From contig JAGASL010000025.1 of assembly GCA_017621755.1 (NCBI GenBank), forward strand, positions 64,727 to 128,726: a stretch of 64,000 bases of DNA, given 5' to 3'. Made by a program: the position numbers and the translations under genes. Positions 10,301 through 18,088 of this stretch are shown here, piece after piece. The DNA is from Clostridia bacterium (lineage in GTDB: Bacteria; Bacillota; Clostridia; Oscillospirales; CAG-272). The notes beneath the pieces are model-generated. The model was not told where the DNA came from. It saw only the letters and a program-made list of their open reading frames with translations, and did no database searches. The stretch's first letter is position 1, and every line of letters starts with the position of its first letter.

Positions 10301-10591
10301 GGTCAGATGTCTGCCGGTGAGGTGATCGATGCCGTTGCTGATGAAGAGGCTATTCTCGCAGCGCTGGAGGCCGGCGGCGTTCTCGCTTCCGCCACCACCG
10401 AGTCGGAGGCCACTGCTGGTGACGAATACGAAAAGACAAAGTACTCGCTGGATGACGGCATGATCGTTATGGTCAGCTATGATGGCGGCACGTCCTTTGT
10501 TCTGAACTACAACATTTACACCATTCAGGTAAGGCTGAACGGCACCGTTTACACGATCGAGCCGTACGGCTATGCCAAGATCACTCAGTAA
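7358..10591 (+). CDS. Secreted DUF5696-like protein (1077 aa), possibly a glycoside-hydrolase-like TIM barrel
   Basis: ORF track gives 7352. The ATG at 7358 has better spacing (8 nt) to AGGAG at 7345-7349. Signal peptide MKTRILSMMLALLMAFGSFGVFCTVPGIVEA. The family call is from memory of similar sequences. Confidence 0.6.
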   Translation: MKTRILSMMLALLMAFGSFGVFCTVPGIVEAADTATESGDAAGDTTGGDATGEETPDEEKEPYEDIVKAALRTNYASPQDKIDSDANMRLAAKYDVYELYVNDFTGEIAVKDTTTGQILLSNPYKIEDSETIQVSDAVRAELLSQIQIGFLENGNHKDYFSYTEAASRGQIKVKNIKQGIRVEYALGREDSNYLAPGSITIERMISEILSVMNPDLPSYDWDAIFAAGSAATYDLKSFLSYYTEINPFEVDEAGNRVMSDTAYNDMLKAYPVLQKLQKGIYVRSKSTPRDKRMLENYIKTYCPNYTYEEMEKDHAETEYTSEELDPPLFKVALEYTLTKEGLTIRLPANGIRFDYSLYTLEYITPLQYFGAGDLTNDGYLFYPDGGGAIFYYEDLAKKEYGSTTGKVYGIDYAYHQISGAHQETIRVPVFGSVSTLNSTVQTTDEEGNVVETPVTTTSGYMAILEEGDAMASITANWGGTRSPFATVYTTFNPRPRDTYDLSGNSSSGGSSASSWTVESSRKYTGSYKMRIYMLTDKHAATESTCFAPTYVGMANAYRHYLTNVAGVLSALEVADNKNIPLYIESFGTVPDMERILSVPVDVDVPLTTFANVQQMYTDLSENGISNIQFKLTGFANEGMYYTYPNRLKWMKEVGGDNGFAELLKDANAKGYGVFPDFDFMYIRNRKLFDGINLKYAAARTIDNRYANLRVYDATYQEFVTFYQICVTPAMIEEYYEKFSGKFMSFDPIGISVGSMGSDLNSDFGDKSPTNRDEAKKIITSIFAQLSEDYNGSVMTSGGNIYALAYTEHLLGAALDSSRFASASRSVPFVGMVLHGYVNFAGSAINMAGNVNYQVLKAIENGAGVYFTLSYDNTSLLKEFEDLSEYYSVNYKIWAGEFDEEGNLVERGELFDVYDRVNNAIGTLQTKLIVDHQFLIGERVPTEAEKAQDAKAYQDAWDEAEALATTAAQKAQIAEYRAAYLAGQMSAGEVIDAVADEEAILAALEAGGVLASATTESEATAGDEYEKTKYSLDDGMIVMVSYDGGTSFVLNYNIYTIQVRLNGTVYTIEPYGYAKITQ

Positions 10592-10603
10592 GGAGGAGAG
10601 AAC

Positions 10604-11626
10604 ATGAATAATAACGTAACTGAAAAGAAGCTGTCTCTCTCTTCCGGAGAGAAGGGGATCGTCGGTCTGTGGAAGAAGGTTATTTCCTTCTTCACAGGCT
10701 CCGGCTCCCTCGAAAAGCGTAAGGCCAGAGCCGGTTGGGTATTCGTGCTCCCGTTCGTGATCGGTCTTGCTTTCATCTACATTCCCGTTATCATTGAATC
10801 CATGAAGCTCAGCTTCTGCTCGCTGCAGCCCGTTCGTCTGCCGAACGGCTCCGCTGGTGTCAAGCTGAATCCCGTTGGCTTTGCCAACTACTATGAGGCT
10901 CTGTTTGAGGATGTTGACTTTGTGCAGAAGCTGGTTGGCGGCGTACAGCAGCTGATCTTCGATGTTCCTGCCATCGTTATCTTCTCTCTGTTTGTAGCGG
11001 TTATCCTGAACCAGAAGATGCTGGGCCGTGCGGCCTTCCGTGCCATCTTCTTCGTTCCGGTTATCCTTTCCACCGGTCTGATCGATTCTATCTCGGTCAA
11101 CAACGGCGCGATTATCGACTCCACTTCAAGCGGTATTGATGATGGTACCGGCTCTAATGCATCTACTCAGATTATTGAAGCGGTGGATATCGAGCGATTG
11201 TTTGCCAACATGATGGTAGGTCAAGAGCTTGTTACGTACATTACAACGTTGGTGAATGATATTTACAATATCGTTAACCGCTCTGGTGTACAGATCCTGA
11301 TCTTCTTGGCCGGTCTGCAGTCGATCTCGCCCTCGATCTACGAGGCTTGTACGATCGATGGCGCTACCTCTTGGGAAACATTCTGGAAGATCACCTTCCC
11401 GATGATCAGCCCGATGATCTTAGTAAACGCGCTCTATACGATCATCGACTCGTTTACCAGTGCCTCGAATACGGTCATGTCCTACATCGACGGTATTTAT
11501 AACGATTCCAAAACAGTGTTGGCAACGTCAATGGCGTGGATTTATTTCGTGATCATTATGTTGATCATTGCCGCATTTATGGGTATTTTCTCAGCATACG
11601 TCTTCTACCAGAAGCGTGATGCCTAA
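10604..11626 (+). CDS. Sugar ABC transporter permease, pair 2 (MalF-like, with a long extracellular loop)
   Basis: AAGGAGG RBS. EAA loop YEACTIDGATSWETFWKITFPMISP. Ser/Thr/Gly-rich loop near residues 165-215. Confidence 0.85.
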   Translation: MNNNVTEKKLSLSSGEKGIVGLWKKVISFFTGSGSLEKRKARAGWVFVLPFVIGLAFIYIPVIIESMKLSFCSLQPVRLPNGSAGVKLNPVGFANYYEALFEDVDFVQKLVGGVQQLIFDVPAIVIFSLFVAVILNQKMLGRAAFRAIFFVPVILSTGLIDSISVNNGAIIDSTSSGIDDGTGSNASTQIIEAVDIERLFANMMVGQELVTYITTLVNDIYNIVNRSGVQILIFLAGLQSISPSIYEACTIDGATSWETFWKITFPMISPMILVNALYTIIDSFTSASNTVMSYIDGIYNDSKTVLATSMAWIYFVIIMLIIAAFMGIFSAYVFYQKRDA

Positions 11627-11643
11627 AGAAAGGAGGAGCATTC

Positions 11644-12681
11644 ATGGACGCGAATCACATTCCTGAACCCCAGGCCGCTTCCAAGGTCTTGAAAGAGACC
11701 AAGAATAAAATTCGTGTAGAATTTGAGCGTACCCCGCTTATGCAGCGCCTGAAGGCAAAGTTTCTCTCCTCCTTCTTCCTGCAGAAGGTCATTTGGTACA
11801 TCGTTCGTCTCGTTCTGCTGCTCGGTCTTGCATACGTTATTCTGTATCCGTTTATCGCAAAGATCTTCGGCTCCTTCATGGGCATGGATGACTTTGTAGA
11901 CGTTACCGTACGCTTGATTCCGAAGAACTGGACGCTGGATACGTATATCGCCATTATTATGGAGAATAACTATCTGCAGGCCTTCCTGAACACCGCCTTC
12001 CTTTCCTTGTGCTGTGCGTTGATTCAGACCCTGATCTGCTGCGTTATCGGCTACGGTATTGCAAAATTCCGTTTCCGTGGTAGCAAGCTGATCATGCTCT
12101 TCGTTGTGCTGACCATGATCATCCCGCACCGTACCATTCAGCTGGCGCTGTATCAGCATTTCCGGTATTTTGATATCTTCGGCCTGGTAAGCCTGATCAC
12201 GGGCGGCACCCTGCAGCTGACGAATACCGACGTGCCGCTGATGCTTCTGTCACTGACGGGTCTGGCATTCAAGAACGGTCTCTTCATCTTTATGATGCGT
12301 CAGTTCTTTGCCGGCGTGCCGGATGAGCTGGAGGAATCCGCTTACGTAGATGGTTCCGGCGTGTACAGAACCTTCCTGCAGATCATTCTGCCGCTGTCTG
12401 TACCGATGATGATCACCATCTTCCTGCTTTCCTTCTCTTGGCAGTGGACGGATAATTTCTATACCACGCTGTTCTACAGTGGTAGAAATGCTAAGTGGCT
12501 GATGCCGAATATCGTTTCGGTTCCGCCTTCTCTTGTAACCACCTATCCCGGCCAGGGCCTGTTCTACTCTGCGATCCATAATACCTGCGCGCTGCTCATT
12601 ATGGCGCCGCTGGTTATTATCTATCTCTTCTGTCAGAGATATCTGATTCAGGGTATCGAGCGCTCCGGTATCGTTGGTTAA
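11644..12681 (+). CDS. Carbohydrate ABC transporter permease, pair 2 (MalG-like)
   Basis: AGGAGG RBS. EAA loop EESAYVDGSGVYRTFLQIILPLSVP. Confidence 0.85.
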   Translation: MDANHIPEPQAASKVLKETKNKIRVEFERTPLMQRLKAKFLSSFFLQKVIWYIVRLVLLLGLAYVILYPFIAKIFGSFMGMDDFVDVTVRLIPKNWTLDTYIAIIMENNYLQAFLNTAFLSLCCALIQTLICCVIGYGIAKFRFRGSKLIMLFVVLTMIIPHRTIQLALYQHFRYFDIFGLVSLITGGTLQLTNTDVPLMLLSLTGLAFKNGLFIFMMRQFFAGVPDELEESAYVDGSGVYRTFLQIILPLSVPMMITIFLLSFSWQWTDNFYTTLFYSGRNAKWLMPNIVSVPPSLVTTYPGQGLFYSAIHNTCALLIMAPLVIIYLFCQRYLIQGIERSGIVG

Positions 12682-12688
12682 TGAAACC

Positions 12689-12725
12689 AAAAGACCTTGT
12701 CGCCTTTGGCGGCAAGGTCTTTTTA
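12689..12725 (+). terminator. Rho-independent terminator closing the seven-gene locus
   Basis: aaagaccttgtcgcc-tttg-gcggcaaggtcttt hairpin followed by a T run. Confidence 0.75.
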
Positions 12726-12741
12726 CATGCTGAAAAAAGCA

Positions 12742-12770
12742 TTGCACTTTTTGCTTGTATATGGTATAAT
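12742..12770 (+). promoter_or_regulatory. Sigma-A type promoter for the aldo/keto reductase gene
   Basis: TTGCAC, 17-nt spacer, TATAAT, with TGg extended -10. Confidence 0.6.
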
Positions 12771-12807
12771 ATAAAAAATCCATGTATCATTTTGAAAAGG
12801 AGCGCTT

Positions 12808-13923
12808 ATGAAAAAACTCGGCTTTGGTCTTATGCGTTTGCCCCTGCTTGATCCAAACGATGCCGGCAGCATCGATTTAGAGCAGTCTAAGCAGATGGTA
12901 GACGAATTTTTAGCCCGCGGCTTTACCTATTTTGATACTGCCTATATGTATTGTAATGGGCAAAGCGAGCACGCCGTTAAAGAGGTGCTTGTCAACCGCC
13001 ACCCGCGTGAAAGCTTTACGCTGGCTACCAAGCTGCCCCCTCACATGGTAAAAAGCAAAGAGGCGCGTGACGAGGTGTTTGCCCACCAGTTAGAAAAGAC
13101 AGGCGCCGGCTATTTTGATTATTATCTGCTGCATTGCATCAGCTCTGAAACCATCGTCACCTTTGAAAAATACGATTGCTTTACCTGGCTGCGTGAAAAG
13201 AAAAAGGCCGGCCTTGTTAAGCAAATCGGCTTTTCCTTCCATGATGGCCCGGCGCTGTTAGACCGTGTGCTGACCGAAAATCCCGGCCTTGATTTTGTGC
13301 AGCTGCAGATCAACTATTTAGATTGGGAAAGTGAAGGCGTGCAATCCCGTGCCTGCTACGAGGTAGCAGAAAAGCACGGCGTGCCGGTCATCGTGATGGA
13401 GCCAGTAAAGGGCGGTGCCCTGGCGCAGGTGCCGGAAACGGTAGAGACCATGTTCCGCGCCAAGGATGCTACGCGCTCGCCCGCCTCTTGGGCTGTTCGC
13501 TTTGCCGCCAGCCTGCCAAACGTTATGCTGGTTCTCAGCGGTATGAGCAATATGGCGCAGGTCATGGATAATACCGCCTACATGCAGGATTTTCAGCCGC
13601 TGAGCGACGAAGAGATCGCGATGGTACATACCGCAGCCGACATCATCAACGGGCAGATCACCGTGCCGTGCACAGGCTGCTCCTATTGCACCGTCAACTG
13701 CCCGCAGAGCATTGCCATCCCGCAGTATTTTGCGCTGTATAACGAGGATATGCGCATAAGCAAGGATGCCGCCGGTGCGGATGCACAGGCACAGTATACG
13801 GCATTGCTCGATAAATTCGGTGCTGCCTCTGCCTGCATTGGCTGCGGCGAATGTGAGGCCATGTGCCCGCAGCAGATCGCCATTCGCAAGCACCTGCAGG
13901 ATATTGCCAAGCGTTACGAATAA
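12808..13923 (+). CDS. Aldo/keto reductase fused to a C-terminal two-[4Fe-4S] ferredoxin-type domain
   Basis: N-terminal AKR motif (FGLMRLP...GFTYFDTAYMY). C-terminal CTGCSYCTVNCP and CIGCGECEAMCP motifs. Confidence 0.85.
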   Translation: MKKLGFGLMRLPLLDPNDAGSIDLEQSKQMVDEFLARGFTYFDTAYMYCNGQSEHAVKEVLVNRHPRESFTLATKLPPHMVKSKEARDEVFAHQLEKTGAGYFDYYLLHCISSETIVTFEKYDCFTWLREKKKAGLVKQIGFSFHDGPALLDRVLTENPGLDFVQLQINYLDWESEGVQSRACYEVAEKHGVPVIVMEPVKGGALAQVPETVETMFRAKDATRSPASWAVRFAASLPNVMLVLSGMSNMAQVMDNTAYMQDFQPLSDEEIAMVHTAADIINGQITVPCTGCSYCTVNCPQSIAIPQYFALYNEDMRISKDAAGADAQAQYTALLDKFGAASACIGCGECEAMCPQQIAIRKHLQDIAKRYE

Positions 13924-13935
13924 AGGAGAAAAAAC

Positions 13936-14334
13936 ATGAAGCCGAAAATTACAGGTGTACATCACATTGCACTAAAGGCACGCGGCTTGGCCGCCTATGA
14001 GAAGCTGCTTTCTTTTTACCATGATATTTTAGGCATGCCGCTGGTCAGAACCTGGGGCGAGGGGGAAAACCTCGGTGCCATGGTCGATACCGGTGCCGGC
14101 ATGCTGGAGCTCTTTTCAAACGCAACAGATGAGCTTGGTATGGGCGCCCTGCGCCACCTGGCCTTTGCGGTAGAGGACGTTGACGTATGCATTGAGGCCG
14201 TTCGCGCAGCGGGGTATACCGTAACCATGGAGCCAAAGGATATCGTTATTGGATCGCAGCCACCGTATCCTGCCCGCATTGGCTTCTGCATCGGCCCGGT
14301 TGGGGAAGAGGTAGAATTTTTTAAGGAACGATAA
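13936..14334 (+). CDS. VOC/glyoxalase-family protein
   Basis: ITGVHHIALKA...LRHLAFAVEDVD pattern; 132 aa. Confidence 0.75.
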   Translation: MKPKITGVHHIALKARGLAAYEKLLSFYHDILGMPLVRTWGEGENLGAMVDTGAGMLELFSNATDELGMGALRHLAFAVEDVDVCIEAVRAAGYTVTMEPKDIVIGSQPPYPARIGFCIGPVGEEVEFFKER

Positions 14335-14340
14335 GAGGGA

Positions 14341-14372
14341 AGCCTCGGGGAAAACGACTCCGAGGCTTTGCT
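14341..14372 (+). terminator. Weak hairpin terminator
   Basis: agcctcgg-ggaaaacgact-ccgaggct followed by ttgctctg. The T tract is poor. Confidence 0.35.
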
Positions 14373-14383
14373 CTGTAAAAGGA

Positions 14384-15073
14384 TTGAAAGCGATGAAACG
14401 CACGATCAAGCCCGCCTTGCTTGCCACGCTGCCGGTCATGACAGGATATTTGGTTCTTGGCTTTGGCTTTGGCATTATTATGAAGGCAAATGGCTATGGC
14501 ATCCTGCTGACCTTTGCGATGAGTCTGCTGATCTATGCCGGCTCTATGCAATACGTGGCTATTGGTCTGCTGAGCGGCGGCGCTTCGCTGCTTACGGTAG
14601 CTGTGACGACCTTTATGGTCAATGCCCGCCATCTTTTTTACGGTGTTTCGATGGTTGAAGGGTATCGGAATATTGGAAAAGGGAAGCCGTACCTGATCTT
14701 TGGCCTGACGGACGAGACCTATTCCTTGGTCTGCCGGCCGGAGGCATCAATACCGCCCGGTGAACGGGGGCACTATTGCTTCTGGGTCACCCTCTTCGAT
14801 CATTGCTATTGGGTGCTTGGTAGCCTGCTGGGCGCCTTGGTGGGCAGCCTACTGCATTTTAATAGTGAGGGGATCGATTTTGCCCTCACCGCGCTCTTTC
14901 TCACCGTCTTTTTAGAGCAATGGTTAACGGCAAAAAAGCATGCCCCCGCCGTTATCGGCGTGGTCGCTTCGCTTGTCTGTCTGCTTCTGTTCGGCGCTGA
15001 TAGCTTCTTAATTCCGGCCATGCTGGTTATCGCGCTGCTGCTTTGCTTGTACAAGGAGGAGAGCCATGGGTGA
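14384..15073 (+). CDS. azlC: AzlC-family branched-chain amino acid exporter subunit
   Basis: PALLATLPVMTGYLVLGFGFGI N-terminus and polytopic profile. Overlaps the next gene by 8 nt. Confidence 0.85.
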   Translation: MKAMKRTIKPALLATLPVMTGYLVLGFGFGIIMKANGYGILLTFAMSLLIYAGSMQYVAIGLLSGGASLLTVAVTTFMVNARHLFYGVSMVEGYRNIGKGKPYLIFGLTDETYSLVCRPEASIPPGERGHYCFWVTLFDHCYWVLGSLLGALVGSLLHFNSEGIDFALTALFLTVFLEQWLTAKKHAPAVIGVVASLVCLLLFGADSFLIPAMLVIALLLCLYKEESHG

Positions 15074-15392
15074 TCTACATACCTGGCTGGCTGTGGCAGT
15101 CATCGCGCTGGTAACGGCAGCCTTGCGTTTTTTGCCCTTTCTTTTGTTCAGCGGCAAGAAAAAAACGCCAAAGCTGATCGAAAAGCTTGGCCGTGTGCTC
15201 CCTTATGCCATTATGGGCATGCTGGTCGTTTATTGCTTAAAGGGCGTGCACGTTGCCGACATGGGTGGCTTTTTACCCGCTTTGATCGCTTGTCTGGTCG
15301 TGGGGGCTTCCTATGTGTGGCGGCGCAATACGCTGGTCAGCATCGTGCTGGGCACGGTATGCTATATGCTGCTGGTGCAGCTTGTATTTTGA
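15066..15392 (+). CDS. azlD: AzlD-family small membrane subunit
   Basis: 108-aa hydrophobic protein translationally coupled to azlC. Confidence 0.75.
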   Translation: MGDLHTWLAVAVIALVTAALRFLPFLLFSGKKKTPKLIEKLGRVLPYAIMGMLVVYCLKGVHVADMGGFLPALIACLVVGASYVWRRNTLVSIVLGTVCYMLLVQLVF

Positions 15393-15401
15393 TAAAGGAG
15401 A

Positions 15402-16163
15402 ATGGCCATGAAGAGTGGCAGTATTTCTGCAGAACGTATTTTGTCAAAGCTGGATGACTATCTACATCATAACGATTACGCAGCCGCCGAGCGGCATTTG
15501 CTTTACTGGCTGGCCGAGGCAGAGGCCTCTCTTGATGCGCGCACAGAGCTGCTTGTACGGAATGAGCTGATGGGGCTGTACCGCAAGCAGGGAAAAGAGC
15601 AAGAGGCGCTTTCTACCGTTTCTGCAGCCCTAAAAAAGATAGAAGCGCTGCAGATCGGGCATCAGGTCGGCGCGGCAACAACCTATCTCAATGGCGCAAC
15701 GGTGTATAAGGCCTTTTCCATGGCTGAGCAAGCGCTGCCCTTGTTTGAAAAGGCAAAAGAGGTCTATGAGCGCGAGCTGGCCGAGGGTGACGAGCGCCTT
15801 GGTGGGCTTTACAATAACATGGCGCTGGCGCTGGTCGATCTTGGACGCTTCCGCGAGGCAGAGGAGATGTACCGCCGGGCGATCGCCATTATGGAAAGAA
15901 CAGAGCATGGCGCCCTGGAGGTGGCGATCACGCATTTGAATATGGCCAGCGCGGCCGAGGCAGAGCACGGGCTGCTGGAGGCAGATGCGGCTATTACCGC
16001 GCATCTGCAGCAGGCAGAGGCGCTACTAGAGGGGCACCAAAAACGGGATGGATACTACGCCTTCGTGTGCGAAAAATGTGCTTCTGTTTTTGGTTATTAC
16101 GGGTATTTTCACTATGAAAATGAGTTGAAGGAGCGTGCAAAAAGGATCTATGAAGGGGCTTGA
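15402..16163 (+). CDS. TPR-repeat protein (253 aa)
   Basis: Repeated LGGLYNNMALALVDLGRFREAEEMYRRAIAI-type TPR helices. The alternative ATG at 15408 has better spacing to the RBS. Confidence 0.75.
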   Translation: MAMKSGSISAERILSKLDDYLHHNDYAAAERHLLYWLAEAEASLDARTELLVRNELMGLYRKQGKEQEALSTVSAALKKIEALQIGHQVGAATTYLNGATVYKAFSMAEQALPLFEKAKEVYERELAEGDERLGGLYNNMALALVDLGRFREAEEMYRRAIAIMERTEHGALEVAITHLNMASAAEAEHGLLEADAAITAHLQQAEALLEGHQKRDGYYAFVCEKCASVFGYYGYFHYENELKERAKRIYEGA

Positions 16164-17097
16164 GCTTTCACGCCAATTTTATCTTGCCTATGGTGCCCCT
16201 ATGCTCGAAGAGCAGTTTTCTGCCATCACGTCGCTGCTTGCGGTAGGCTTGGTCGGCAGCGGCTCGGAATGCTTTGGATATGATGACGAGTTGTCCCAAG
16301 ATCACGATTTTGAACCAGGCTTTTGCCTGTTTCTGCCCGGTGAGGACGTGATCAGCAGCCGCGAGGCCTTCGCCTTAGAGCGCGCCTATGCCAAGCTGCC
16401 AAAGGAGTTTATGGGCTACAAGCGTAGCCCGCTTAATCCCGTAGGCGGCAACCGCCACGGTGTCCTTCGCCTTTCTGATTTCTTGCGTGAAAGGCTAGGC
16501 AACGGGGATGGCTGTCTGGCACCCATGGATTGGTTCTACCTGCCGGAGCAAGCAGTGGCCGAGGTAACAAACGGCTGCATCTTTCGTGATGATGCCGGCA
16601 TATTTACCACCCTGCGTGAGGTGCTTGCCTACATGCCGGAGGACGTGCGGCTGAAAAAGCTGGCCGGCAATCTGCTGCTGATGGGGCAGGCAGGGCAGTA
16701 TAATTACAGCCGTTGCGTTGCCCGCGGCGAGCTTGGTGCTGCGCAGCTGGCTATGGCCGAATTTGTCAAGGCTGCCTTGCACGTGCTGTTTCTCTTAAAT
16801 AGGCGCTACATGCCGTATTATAAGTGGCGCTTCCGCGCCTTGCGCGAGTTGCCGCTTCTTTCCACGCTCGAGCAGCCGCTCACCTATTTGCTTGCCAGCG
16901 GAAACGGGGAGGCGGAGGCTACGCAAAAGACCGCCATGATCGAACACGTATGTGCCGAAATAATAACCGTGCTGCGAGAGCAGCATTTGACCGCGTATGC
17001 CGGCGGGGAAATGGAAGGGCATGCTTACGCGGTAAACGATTGCATTCAGGATGCGTCTATCCGCAATCTGCACGTGCTATATGCCGTCGATAACTAA
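16135..17097 (+). CDS. Pol-beta-superfamily nucleotidyltransferase-like protein with a DUF4037-like C-terminal domain
   Basis: GSGS-x11-DHD motif (residues 41-58). Overlaps the end of the TPR gene. Alternative start ATG at 16150. Confidence 0.65.
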   Translation: MQKGSMKGLELSRQFYLAYGAPMLEEQFSAITSLLAVGLVGSGSECFGYDDELSQDHDFEPGFCLFLPGEDVISSREAFALERAYAKLPKEFMGYKRSPLNPVGGNRHGVLRLSDFLRERLGNGDGCLAPMDWFYLPEQAVAEVTNGCIFRDDAGIFTTLREVLAYMPEDVRLKKLAGNLLLMGQAGQYNYSRCVARGELGAAQLAMAEFVKAALHVLFLLNRRYMPYYKWRFRALRELPLLSTLEQPLTYLLASGNGEAEATQKTAMIEHVCAEIITVLREQHLTAYAGGEMEGHAYAVNDCIQDASIRNLHVLYAVDN

Positions 17098-17100
17098 AAC

Positions 17101-17129
17101 CAAGGCCACCGACAAAGTCGGTGGCCTTG
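17101..17129. terminator. Bidirectional terminator between convergent genes
   Basis: caaggccaccgac-aaa-gtcggtggccttg perfect hairpin. Confidence 0.75.
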
Positions 17130-17134
17130 TGCTT

Positions 17135-17980
17135 TTATCGTTTCTGCTTGCGGAATTGATGGGGTGAAACGCCTTCTGCCGTGCGAAAGGTACGAATAAA
17201 GCTTGATACCTCGTGAAAGCCGCAGCGCTCTGCGATCTCACTCACAGGTAAATTGGTCGACGTGAGCATTTGCTTGGCGGCCGACAGGCGAAAAATTGTC
17301 AGATAACGGTGTGGGGCGTACCCTGTCAGCCGCTTAAATTCGCCGGAAAAGTGCGTTCTGCTCATATGCATAAGCGCGGCAAGCTTGCTGACCGAAAGAT
17401 CAAGATGATAATTGTCGGCAATATAGGTCATAATCGAGGAAACGTCAAGCGCACCGGCTGTGCCGCCTGCGGGCTGGTCAAGCAGCGTCATAAAAATTCT
17501 GTATAGAAGGGCAGAGCAGATCTCCTCGCTGCCGGCATCACGAACAAGGGACATAACACGGTCAATATAGCGTTCAATGCCGATCGCCGTGGGGATCAGG
17601 CAGGTGGAGAAACGCTTACGAATACAGGAATAGAGGCGTGCACTCTCTGCCCCTTGCAGGTGTATATACGTAAACTCCCAGCCGTCGTCTAGGGGGTGAT
17701 AGATGTGGTGTAGTTTGCAATCAATCAAGGCGGTGGTGCCGGGGGTGAGGGCATATTCTTGCCCCTCGTATAAAAGCGTTCCGCTGCCGGTTATCGTGTG
17801 TAATAATAGATAGCTGTCAAAGTCACGGCGGTCTATCATAAAATCCTTACGGCAGATAAAATGCCCCGTCCATTGCACGTAATAATACAGATCTCTCGCT
17901 TTAGAAGAGGGAATATGTATCAGATTCGTTTTTTCGTAGCAGCTCTCGTTGAAGATTCCCATGCTTTCATTCCTTGACAA
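17135..17980 (-). CDS. AraC-family transcriptional regulator (cupin sensor + HTH)
   Basis: C-terminal AraC HTH (LSVSKLAALMHMSRTHFSGEFKRLTGYAPHRYL...). Confidence 0.85.
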   Translation of the reverse strand: MSRNESMGIFNESCYEKTNLIHIPSSKARDLYYYVQWTGHFICRKDFMIDRRDFDSYLLLHTITGSGTLLYEGQEYALTPGTTALIDCKLHHIYHPLDDGWEFTYIHLQGAESARLYSCIRKRFSTCLIPTAIGIERYIDRVMSLVRDAGSEEICSALLYRIFMTLLDQPAGGTAGALDVSSIMTYIADNYHLDLSVSKLAALMHMSRTHFSGEFKRLTGYAPHRYLTIFRLSAAKQMLTSTNLPVSEIAERCGFHEVSSFIRTFRTAEGVSPHQFRKQKR

Positions 17981-18008
17981 AATGCATATTTTTCAGAACA
18001 AACTGTTA

Positions 18009-18037
18009 TTGTAATGAGATGTATATTGTCTTATAAT
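18009..18037 (+). promoter_or_regulatory. Sigma-A promoter for the glycosidase gene
   Basis: TTGTAA, 17-nt spacer, TATAAT. A tgacaa-t-ttgtca inverted repeat lies at 18051-18063. Confidence 0.5.
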
Positions 18038-18088
18038 GATAACATAATACTGACAATTTGTCAATAATTGAAAAGGGAGTATATCAAA

